Below, piece after piece: positions 54,893 to 62,594 of a stretch of 64,000 nucleotides of DNA. The notes below the pieces were generated by a model that made no database searches, was not told where the DNA came from, and worked only from the letters and a program-made list of their open reading frames with translations. Source of the stretch: a virus. Both the position numbers and the translations under genes were made by a program. Location of the stretch: positions 1 through 64,000 of the IMG/VR virus record IMGVR_UViG_3300032245_001170; one strand, 5' to 3'. How positions within the stretch are numbered: the stretch's first letter is position 1; each line of letters starts with the position of its first letter.

Positions 54893-55941
54893 TGGCATTA
54901 AGTACAGAAGCATTAAAGATCGCAGCAGGAATTAATAAGAAGCTTGGTGCTAACACAGTTATTCTTGCTGGAGAGGCACAGTTGTCTCAACGCATTACGT
55001 CTGGCTCTTTGACTCTAGATGTTGTTCTTGGTGGTGGTTGGCCTATGAATCGTTGGGTTGAACTAGTTGGTGAGGCTTCTCATGGAAAGACTGCAATTGC
55101 TCTAAGAACTATTGCAGCTAACCAAAAACTTAATCCAGACTTTACTGCTGTATGGATTGCCGCAGAAGACTTTGACGCTAAGTATGCAGAGCTTTGCGGA
55201 GTAGATAACAGTCGTGTATTACTTGTAGAAACTAATAGTATGGAGGATGCTTTTGATTCGGTTATTCAATTCATGGAGAGCAAGGCTGTTGACATGGTTG
55301 TTGTGGATTCCCTTCCAGCCCTTGTTCCTGGCGCAGAAGATGAAAAGCATATGGAAGAATTTACTGTGGGTCGTGGCGCACTTATTACCAATAAGTTCTT
55401 TAGAAAAGTGGCGTCAGCTACCAAACGAGACCTCATCGAATCAGAACGACCAGTCCTAGGAATTATGATTAACCAGTATCGTATGAAGATTGGCGTTATG
55501 CACGGAGATCCTAGAACCACTCCTGGAGGTTTGGGCAAGGATTATGCGTATAGCGTACGTTGCGAAGTAAAGCGTGATGACTGGGTAGAAGTAGGGACCG
55601 GAGAAAGCAAGCGTCGAGTAGGTCAAACTATTCGTGTTCGTACAATTAAGAACAAGACTTTTCCTCCACAACAGACTGCTTACCTAGACTTTTACTTTGC
55701 AGACGGCGGTGCAATTGATGCCGGTGGATATGACACTGGTAAAGAGATTGTTGCTCTATCTATTCTTAACGGGATTGTTGAGCGACGCGGTGGATGGATG
55801 TACTACGGAGACCGCAAATGGCAGGGAGCACAGGCTCTTATTGATTCTCTTAGAGAAGAGATTGAGCTACGTGAAGAGTTAAGTAAGGCGGTAATGAGCA
55901 CTATTAAGGCTCAACCGATTTTGGCTATTGATGAAGAGTAA
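54892..55941 (+). CDS. recA: RecA-family recombinase
   Basis: SGSLTLDVVLGGG.P, GEASHGKT, VVVDS, INQYRMKIGVMHGDPRTTPGG. Confidence 0.95.
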   Translation: MALSTEALKIAAGINKKLGANTVILAGEAQLSQRITSGSLTLDVVLGGGWPMNRWVELVGEASHGKTAIALRTIAANQKLNPDFTAVWIAAEDFDAKYAELCGVDNSRVLLVETNSMEDAFDSVIQFMESKAVDMVVVDSLPALVPGAEDEKHMEEFTVGRGALITNKFFRKVASATKRDLIESERPVLGIMINQYRMKIGVMHGDPRTTPGGLGKDYAYSVRCEVKRDDWVEVGTGESKRRVGQTIRVRTIKNKTFPPQQTAYLDFYFADGGAIDAGGYDTGKEIVALSILNGIVERRGGWMYYGDRKWQGAQALIDSLREEIELREELSKAVMSTIKAQPILAIDEE

Positions 55942-56248
55942 GGGACAAAAAGAATCTCTAAAGCATGAGAAGCGTTTAGAGAAGTTGGTGGATGGTCAGC
56001 GTTCTGCAGCGTCAGGCGCTTTCTGGTCACGTAAAGGGGATGTACGGAGTGATGATCTTTTGATTGAGCACAAATGGACTGGCAAAAAGTCAGTAACCAT
56101 TAAATCAGAAGTTCTTAAGAAGATTACTACCGAAGCTATCCTTGATAGTCGTATTCCGGTTTTAGGTCTTCACCTTGATGGCGAGAACTATGTAGTTTTA
56201 GGAGAGGAGGATTTCTTTGAACTTCGTAACGCACTCAGGGGTGACTAA
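55928..56248 (+). CDS. PD-(D/E)XK nuclease / Holliday junction resolvase-like
   Basis: ASGA…KGDV…LLIEHK. Confidence 0.7.
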   Translation: MMKSKGQKESLKHEKRLEKLVDGQRSAASGAFWSRKGDVRSDDLLIEHKWTGKKSVTIKSEVLKKITTEAILDSRIPVLGLHLDGENYVVLGEEDFFELRNALRGD

Positions 56249-56578
56249 ATGGAACATGACAATGAGCCTAGTTGGGCTTGGAGATACGACGCTAAATGTC
56301 GAGGAGAAGATACAGAGATATTCTTTCCTCCGAGAGATAAGGCGTTATACAAACCTATAGCTAACAAAGCGAAAGCTATTTGTTGGGGGAAAGACGGTAG
56401 ACCCGCTTGCCCGGTTAGGAAAAATTGCCTTAAAGAGGCTATCATTAACGATGAGTTGCATGGCATCTTTGGTGGAATGTCTCACCGAGAAAGAAATGCA
56501 GCAAAGCGTAAGTATGAAAAACAAGGTTTAACACTAGACGAATGGATAGAACAAGATGGCAAATACGGGCAAACCTAA
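56249..56578 (+). CDS. whiB: WhiB family transcription factor (copy 2)
   Basis: C.GED..IFFP…AKAIC…CPV..NCL…GIFGG…ER. Confidence 0.88.
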   Translation: MEHDNEPSWAWRYDAKCRGEDTEIFFPPRDKALYKPIANKAKAICWGKDGRPACPVRKNCLKEAIINDELHGIFGGMSHRERNAAKRKYEKQGLTLDEWIEQDGKYGQT

Positions 56579-57452
56579 GACGGTTTCTTTAAAGGCATAT
56601 CTAGACGCTAATAAACGAGATACTCGTTTGGTAGGTGCTGTTGAGCGCCACTTGTTAGCAAAGCCTTTTGATAATCGTAAGATGGATATCATTCACCCAT
56701 CTGACATGATTAAGCCCGAATGGTGCCACCTTGCTCAGTATCATGCAATTAAAGGTAATTACAAAGAGGTTCGTGAAAAGCCTACCCTTCGCCTGCAGTC
56801 TATATTTGACGAAGGCCACACTATCCACGCTAAGTGGCAGAAGTGGTTAACAGAGATGGGCGTTCTATTTGGTAAATGGGATTGCTCAGAATGTGGCCCA
56901 TCCGATTGGGAGTTGGCTTCTGACTTAAACTTTAATGATCCAGACTGCGGAGTATTTGAATATCGAGAAGTACCTTTGTGGAGCAATAAGCACCGGATCG
57001 GTGGTCACTCTGATGGTTGGGTAAAGGGTTTGGGAGATGACTTCCTTATAGAGATTAAGTCTATTGGCGCAGGCACTCTTCGCTTTGAAGCACCAGCTTT
57101 ACTGGCTCAAGCAGATGGAGACTTAGAAAAAGCATGGCGCAATATTCGTGCTCCTTTTCGTTCGCATCAGTTGCAAGGTCAGGTATACCTGCATCTAACT
57201 CATTTGATGGTTGAGAGCGGAGACCTACCTTCTGCACCAAATGAGATCGTATATATCTATGAGCTTAAAGCCAACCAAGATTACAAAGAGTTTACGGTCC
57301 AGTACAACCCGGACTTTACAAAAGAGCTCTTTGATCAAGCATTGGATATTGCGTGGGCAGTTGACAACGACCGTCCACCTGTGTGTAGTATTGACCCTAT
57401 CAAGGGCTGTAAACGTTGCGAACCCTTTAGGAGTCAAGATGCCAAACTATGA
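56556..57452 (+). CDS. Solo Cas4-like PD-(D/E)XK exonuclease
   Basis: HPS…WC, GH.IH, GHSDG…IEIKS, QGQVY, C-terminal C…CKRC. Confidence 0.8.
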   Translation: MANTGKPKTVSLKAYLDANKRDTRLVGAVERHLLAKPFDNRKMDIIHPSDMIKPEWCHLAQYHAIKGNYKEVREKPTLRLQSIFDEGHTIHAKWQKWLTEMGVLFGKWDCSECGPSDWELASDLNFNDPDCGVFEYREVPLWSNKHRIGGHSDGWVKGLGDDFLIEIKSIGAGTLRFEAPALLAQADGDLEKAWRNIRAPFRSHQLQGQVYLHLTHLMVESGDLPSAPNEIVYIYELKANQDYKEFTVQYNPDFTKELFDQALDIAWAVDNDRPPVCSIDPIKGCKRCEPFRSQDAKL

Positions 57453-57609
57453 ATACAAGTGTGTTAAGTGTCAGTCTAGTTTTGAAAGTTTTTTCCCAAT
57501 TGCAGAAGGTCCAGCACCTGCTGTAGTGTGTGAGTGTGGGGGAGAGGCGTTTCGCCAGTACTCAACATTTGGTATTCAACTTAAAGGCGGAGGGTGGGGC
57601 GGTCAATGA
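57439..57609 (+). CDS. FmdB-family zinc ribbon protein
   Basis: MPNYEYKCVKC…CECGG…LKGGGW; SD AGGAG. Confidence 0.8.
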   Translation: MPNYEYKCVKCQSSFESFFPIAEGPAPAVVCECGGEAFRQYSTFGIQLKGGGWGGQ

Positions 57610-57770
57610 TTAAGTACCCGGGGTTGTTAGAGGTTGGGCTTGATCTTCCAGTATTAGTGGGAGATGACGACTTTATAGAACATCTACACGAAAACGGTTT
57701 TACAGATACGATTGATATTAACGACTTAATGTTTGAGTGGATTGACTGGGCAAAGGAGAACGTAGCATGA
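57606..57770 (+). CDS. 54-aa acidic hypothetical protein; not in ORF track
   Basis: ATGA overlaps at both ends; MIKYPGLLEVGLDLPVLVGDDDFIEHLHENGFTDTIDINDLMFEWIDWAKENVA. Confidence 0.6.
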   Translation: MIKYPGLLEVGLDLPVLVGDDDFIEHLHENGFTDTIDINDLMFEWIDWAKENVA

Positions 57771-58264
57771 GTCCAATTGAGTTAAGAGTTGCAGAGGCTA
57801 GTCGTAAGACTATTGAAGCTTTACAGCTTCAGGGTATGAGTGTAAATCAGAGCTATGGCTACGACGCACCATCCCTTCCTTCAGACATTACAGATCTTAT
57901 GGAAGAACAAGTTATGGATCTCTACAGTAAGTACGTTGCTTACTTGGAGTTTATTAGCCTACAACTTTGGTGTGCAGAGGTAGACAGAGCAGAGGCAGAT
58001 AAGAACTTATCTTTTATAAAGTCACAGAAAAGGTTGGCTTTAAAGAAAGCGGGAACTTCTGTATCTATGATTGATGCAGAGATCGATGTAGATCCAGACT
58101 ACAAAGCTAAGCTAGATGCTCTACAGGAGCTATCTAACTACCGTGGCCTTATTCACATCATCTCTGAACGTCTTTCAAAAGACATTTCGTTAATCAACAG
58201 AGAGATTACACGCAGAGTTAATATTAATAAAGCAACCGTTAGAAGTTCATGGACAACGCCATGA
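57767..58264 (+). CDS. Helical protein, possibly UvsY-like recombination mediator
   Basis: Coiled-coil pattern, D.DPDY…REITRR; context near recA. Confidence 0.45.
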   Translation: MSPIELRVAEASRKTIEALQLQGMSVNQSYGYDAPSLPSDITDLMEEQVMDLYSKYVAYLEFISLQLWCAEVDRAEADKNLSFIKSQKRLALKKAGTSVSMIDAEIDVDPDYKAKLDALQELSNYRGLIHIISERLSKDISLINREITRRVNINKATVRSSWTTP

Positions 58265-58884
58265 AGCAAGAATGGGAGCAGCTTTCTTTATTCACTGATG
58301 ATGAGTTAGGTTTACCCAAAGGCCCTACTGGTTGGCCTGGATATGAAATCATTGGCCTTACTGGTTACGCACAATCCGGTAAAGACACTGTTGCCTCTAT
58401 CTTGGTAGAGAAGTATGGCTACCGTCGCATTGCCTTTGCAGACACAATTAGAGATTTTTTGTATGGGATTAACCCTATGGTTGCATGCAGTCCTACTGGT
58501 TATCTGCAAGATCTTGTAAACCTAGTTGGTTGGGATACCGCAAAACAAGAGCCTCAAGTTCGTCGTTTATTGCAGGACTTGGGTATCTCTGCAAGAGATC
58601 TACTTGACAAAGACATTTGGATTACTAGCGCATTGAACAAAGTAAACAGTGGTGATCGTGTGGTAGTAACAGACGTTAGGTTTGAAAACGAAGCTGAAAA
58701 AGTTAAATCTTTGGGCGGTCAACTCTGGCGTATAAAGCGTGTTGGGTTTGGTCCAGTAAACGAACACGTTTCAGAATCTGAATTAGACGGATATAAAGTA
58801 GATCAAATTTTTGTAAACAACGGGTCTATTGAAGATTTAGAGGTTTTAATTACTACTAGGATGCGTAATGCCCTCCCAGAGTAG
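58261..58884 (+). CDS. Deoxynucleoside monophosphate kinase (T4 gp1-like)
   Basis: IGLTGYAQSGKDT, AFAD, RRLLQDLG, TDVRFENE, HVSE. Confidence 0.9.
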   Translation: MKQEWEQLSLFTDDELGLPKGPTGWPGYEIIGLTGYAQSGKDTVASILVEKYGYRRIAFADTIRDFLYGINPMVACSPTGYLQDLVNLVGWDTAKQEPQVRRLLQDLGISARDLLDKDIWITSALNKVNSGDRVVVTDVRFENEAEKVKSLGGQLWRIKRVGFGPVNEHVSESELDGYKVDQIFVNNGSIEDLEVLITTRMRNALPE

Positions 58885-59218
58885 AAAACATCGTGGCTAC
58901 AAGTCACAAAAAATTGTGGCTAATTACCTGGTAGAACATGGCTGGCCTTATGCGGAGTCAACCGGTGCCGGTAGGTCTGGTACTGACGTTACAGGAACTA
59001 TTGGCATTGATTGGGAAGTAAAGGCTAGAAAAGATTTCAACCCATCTGCAGCTATAAAACAGCTAAAAGAACGCCATAACGGTAAAGATTTGCCGGTAGC
59101 TGTCCTTCGTCTTAATGGCCAAGGTGAGGCAAATATTGGGGAATGGCCGGTAATGCTAAGGCTAGAAGACTTTGTCAATCTGCTGAAAGAGGCTGGATAC
59201 GCTGACGGAGCCTCCTAA
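58868..59218 (+). CDS. Holliday junction resolvase-like nuclease
   Basis: SRKHRG…GTDV…WEVKAR. Confidence 0.7.
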   Translation: MPSQSRKHRGYKSQKIVANYLVEHGWPYAESTGAGRSGTDVTGTIGIDWEVKARKDFNPSAAIKQLKERHNGKDLPVAVLRLNGQGEANIGEWPVMLRLEDFVNLLKEAGYADGAS

Positions 59219-59277
59219 ATCACGTACCTTTTACCTTAGAGGGCGACTCTAAATCGAAACCTAAGGACTACAAAAAC

Positions 59278-59562
59278 GTGATTGAAAAAGATTCAGGTGA
59301 GGAACAGTTCCTGCGTGTAAGCGCTGGTTCTAATGCACAGTCGGTAGGCTCGGCTATTGCTCATGCACTGTATGAGCGCCCACAAGTAAAGTTGAGGGCA
59401 GTAGGGGCTTCCGCAGTAAATCAAGCAGTAAAAGCTATTGCTATCGCCCGTGGCTATGTTGCACCTAGAGGTTTAGACCTCAGTTGTAGGCCAGGATTTA
59501 CCACAGTAGATTCTCGTGACGGACAAATTTCTGCAATAGTCTTTACTATCAATGTAAATTGA
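59278..59562 (+). CDS. spoVS: SpoVS-family (Alba-like) protein
   Basis: LRVSA.S…SVGSAIA…AVGASAVNQAVKAIAIARGYVAP.G.DL.C.PGF…ISAIVF. Confidence 0.9.
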   Translation: MIEKDSGEEQFLRVSAGSNAQSVGSAIAHALYERPQVKLRAVGASAVNQAVKAIAIARGYVAPRGLDLSCRPGFTTVDSRDGQISAIVFTINVN

Positions 59563-59604
59563 TATATTCTTTATTACAAGAGATCTCTAACAGTTAGGAA
59601 CACC

Positions 59605-59973
59605 ATGGCAAAAGGCTCAATCCCAAGCCCTGACGAGGCGCTTGCAGGTATGGCAAAACAAGGTCGCAAGCCTATGATGAAAGATGGAATTAAGTTTACT
59701 TCTCCATCTGCATCACCTAAGGCAGGAACACTTGTACCAAAAAAGGGAGCACAGTCTGGAGACCCATACGGTCAAAAGGGTGCACCACGTAGCAACATTT
59801 CTGCAACAGGTCAAGACCGTGCAGGAGCAGCTTATTCAATCAAGGGCGGACCTCGATATACAAAGATGGTCGATCCATCAGCAGGAGCAACACAGGCTAA
59901 CGGAAGAATCATTAGCACTGCTGCAAAGCGTGATCGTATGAACTTTGATTCAGGTGCTGGCACTTCGTACTAA
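59605..59973 (+). CDS. Basic low-complexity hypothetical protein
   Basis: 122 aa, Gly/Ala/Lys/Pro-rich; SD AGGA. Confidence 0.65.
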   Translation: MAKGSIPSPDEALAGMAKQGRKPMMKDGIKFTSPSASPKAGTLVPKKGAQSGDPYGQKGAPRSNISATGQDRAGAAYSIKGGPRYTKMVDPSAGATQANGRIISTAAKRDRMNFDSGAGTSY

Positions 59974-59989
59974 TTTGATGTATGCTAGT

Positions 59990-60022
59990 TACTAGGCCTT
60001 GGGGTTTCCTCAGGGCCTAGTA
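59990..60022 (+). terminator. 15-bp stem-loop (terminator or processing site)
   Basis: TACTAGGCCTTGGGG-TTT-CCTCAGGGCCTAGTA with two G-U pairs; no U-tract. Confidence 0.5.
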
Positions 60023-60049
60023 CTATAATCGGAGCAATAGGAGGCGGAT

Positions 60050-60283
60050 ATGTCGTTGCAAGATTTGTATGCTGAAGTGAAGTCATCAGGTAACTTAAAG
60101 CTTTGCATTGTAGGGCAATGGGCAGAGTCGCTACCAGAAGAAGATAAAAAAATACTTGAAGTAGCCATTGAAGATGACGATCTAAGCACAAAAGATTTAT
60201 TTTTACTACTCCGCCGTGCCGGTGGAACATTTGGCAAAACTGCCGTTCGTGACCACCGACGAGGAGATTGTGTATGTCTTTAG
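60050..60283 (+). CDS. Small Cys/His hypothetical protein
   Basis: C.VG…HRRGDCVC; SD AGGAGG. Confidence 0.65.
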   Translation: MSLQDLYAEVKSSGNLKLCIVGQWAESLPEEDKKILEVAIEDDDLSTKDLFLLLRRAGGTFGKTAVRDHRRGDCVCL

Positions 60284-61452
60284 CAGATGATTACAACGAA
60301 ATTATAAAAGCTGGACAAGAAGGTTCAGATAAAGTAAGTAAAAGTATTCCGGAAGCATGGCGACCACGTTCTGAAATAGGAACAGATGGCGGCTTTATTG
60401 TTTCTACACCACGTCCAGATGGTAATACTCCTGGAGCAGAAGAAATTCTTATTGAAGCAAAGCTAGATCCAGCAGAGTGGGTTATTGTTTCTCACCGACG
60501 CTCACGTTGGCAAACATTTAACGGTGATTGGTTAGAGTCTTTTAGAGTTAACGTTGTACCTTCAGGTAAGACCAATGCACCAGATTATGACTTAGAGCAA
60601 TTATTATCTGTAATTGTTAATTGGACTCCAGGAGAAGTTTTTAGTTCTAAAGGTGATTTAACTGCTGTTTATAGTATTGGCGATACGCAATATGGTAAGG
60701 ATGATACTCCTGCAATTATAGATAGAGTTCTTACATCTCTTGATGAGGCTGTTGCACACCACAAGTATCTTGCTAGCAAGTATTCAATCGGACAGATTGC
60801 ACTACCTCAATTGGGTGACTGTATTGAGGGAATGACAAGTCAAAAGGGTAAAGTAATGGGACGCCATGACATTGGTGTTTCAGAGCAAGTCCGTGTAGGA
60901 CGCCGTATGTTACTTGCACAGATTAAGGCTTTAGCCCCATTAGCTGAAAAGATTATTGTTCCTGTGGTTCCAGGTAACCATGATGAGGTACAGCGTTTCT
61001 TAGTTGGTCGTCCAGAAGATTCTTGGCAGATCGATGTTGTAGCTCAGGTAGAGGACATTTGCAAGGAAAGCGAGTTCCTTAGGGATCGTGTTGAATTTAG
61101 ATACCCAGCAGCAGATGACAGCACGCTAACTGTAAACCTAAGCGGGGTTATGTATGGCATGGCACACGGGCATCAAGCACGTGACATGGTTAAGTGGTGG
61201 CAAGGTCAAGTTATGGGACGTTGTTCTGTAGCGGACGCAGACATTCTTAACGTAGGCCATTACCATCATTATCGTTCACAGAATGTTGGACCACGTTTGT
61301 TTATTCAAAACCCAGCAATGGATAATGGGTCAGCTTGGTTTAGAGATAAGTCTGGGCTTGAAAGCGCACCAGGAATTATTTCTTTAGTTGTTGGTGAGGG
61401 TATAGATCCTCGAAGAGAACTTATTGTACTCGGCGGTAAAAACGACCGATAA
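60274..61452 (+). CDS. Calcineurin-like metallophosphoesterase (Mre11/SbcD-like)
   Basis: GDTQYG, LGDCIEG, PGNHD, AHGH, GHYH. Confidence 0.85.
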   Translation: MSLADDYNEIIKAGQEGSDKVSKSIPEAWRPRSEIGTDGGFIVSTPRPDGNTPGAEEILIEAKLDPAEWVIVSHRRSRWQTFNGDWLESFRVNVVPSGKTNAPDYDLEQLLSVIVNWTPGEVFSSKGDLTAVYSIGDTQYGKDDTPAIIDRVLTSLDEAVAHHKYLASKYSIGQIALPQLGDCIEGMTSQKGKVMGRHDIGVSEQVRVGRRMLLAQIKALAPLAEKIIVPVVPGNHDEVQRFLVGRPEDSWQIDVVAQVEDICKESEFLRDRVEFRYPAADDSTLTVNLSGVMYGMAHGHQARDMVKWWQGQVMGRCSVADADILNVGHYHHYRSQNVGPRLFIQNPAMDNGSAWFRDKSGLESAPGIISLVVGEGIDPRRELIVLGGKNDR

Positions 61453-61490
61453 TAAAAAACCCCCGGTTATTAGCCGGGGGTTCTTTATTT
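61452..61490. terminator. Bidirectional rho-independent terminator between convergent modules
   Basis: A-tract, AACCCCCGGTTA / TAGCCGGGGGTT stem, T-rich tail. Confidence 0.85.
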
Positions 61491-61492
61491 AA

Positions 61493-62041
61493 TTACTTAC
61501 CGCAGCAAGAACATTTCGTAGCTGCAGGGGTTGCAGGAGCTGCGCCAAACTTAGGGCGACCAAATCCTACAATAGAGATCATAACTTTCTTAGGGTTTTT
61601 CTTATAAGCACGAAGCTTCTTAGATACCTGTCCACCATTGCGTTGTGAGCCTTTATCATCTGGGCTTGTGTTTCCTTCGATACACCATACAGTTCCATCG
61701 CCATTATCTTTTACAACAATGCCTACGTGACTGATTCTATCGACACCGTCTGAGGGAAAATCAAAATAGGCGATATCACCTGGTTCTGGATCTGCAACAT
61801 CTCCATCAATCCATGATCCAGCTTTCTTAAACGCTGCTGCTCCACCTGGGGTGTAAACGGTATTAGGTACCTTTACTCCAGCTTCGTTAGCGCACCAGTT
61901 TACGAAAGATCCACACCATGGCTGGAAATTAGCCTTGGTATAGGCACCGTACTTTGTTTCATTATCCTTTGGACCTTCAATGGTTCCAAGTTCCGCTGTC
62001 GCTACTTCAATGAGTTTAGCTGCTGTTCCTTTGTCCGCCAT
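61493..62041 (-). CDS. CHAP-domain endolysin
   Basis: PWCGSFVNWC, PGDI..FD, SHVGIV, IEGNT, IVGFGRP. Confidence 0.88.
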   Translation of the reverse strand: MADKGTAAKLIEVATAELGTIEGPKDNETKYGAYTKANFQPWCGSFVNWCANEAGVKVPNTVYTPGGAAAFKKAGSWIDGDVADPEPGDIAYFDFPSDGVDRISHVGIVVKDNGDGTVWCIEGNTSPDDKGSQRNGGQVSKKLRAYKKNPKKVMISIVGFGRPKFGAAPATPAATKCSCCGK

Positions 62042-62424
62042 TACTTATTCCAATCTTCGTCTACAGGTTGTTCTGCGGGTACTTCTCCATCAGGCTTAGC
62101 TGCAGCTGCATAAGAAACAGCGCCTGCTGAGCTGATTACGATATCTGTACCGTTTTGCTTAGCCTCAACCTTTAGATCAGACTCAGTCTTAGCCTTAGTA
62201 TCAACTGCAGAGAAAGCTGAGTTAATTTCTTCTAAGTCAAGTTTGCCATCATTCATAAAGCCACGTGCTAGCTTCTCTACGACTGCGGCAACCGCTGTAA
62301 GACCAGCAACTGTTACTGCTGTAAGGGTGTCAACACCTGCAATGGCACCAGCACCGATTACTGACAAACCGCTAGCTGCAAATACAGCTACGATTCTCAA
62401 TAAGATATTTCCGATTGATTTCAT
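62041..62424 (-). CDS. Membrane protein (holin-like)
   Basis: Two hydrophobic helices, acidic C-tail; adjacent to endolysin. Confidence 0.6.
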   Translation of the reverse strand: MKSIGNILLRIVAVFAASGLSVIGAGAIAGVDTLTAVTVAGLTAVAAVVEKLARGFMNDGKLDLEEINSAFSAVDTKAKTESDLKVEAKQNGTDIVISSAGAVSYAAAAKPDGEVPAEQPVDEDWNK

Positions 62425-62594
62425 TATTCCTCATCCTTTGGGTTACGAAGGGGATAGGTAACGGCCCAAGCAAACAAAGTTCCAATAATTGCGTAACCAA
62501 CAACAGTCTTTGCAGATCCGTCAAGAACAACCCAGGCAATAAACATGCCTAACAATGTCCATAGTTGATCAATCATGTCTTTAATAATCTTCAA
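62424..62594 (-). CDS. 56-aa two-TM membrane protein; not in ORF track
   Basis: TTG start overlapping upstream TGA; [56 protein letters not shown]; TAATG-coupled. Confidence 0.65.
   Translation of the reverse strand: MKIIKDMIDQLWTLLGMFIAWVVLDGSAKTVVGYAIIGTLFAWAVTYPLRNPKDEE

Noticed and set aside
56556-57452. Cas4-like gene as a sign of CRISPR-Cas
   Set aside because: No repeat-spacer array or other cas genes in the window; solo Cas4-like nucleases are common in phage recombination modules.
59215-59986. Possible late-promoter motif TAAAT/TAATT-N4-5-TAnnnT at several intergenic sites
   Set aside because: Too degenerate in AT-rich spacers to support by eye; would need motif discovery on the whole genome.
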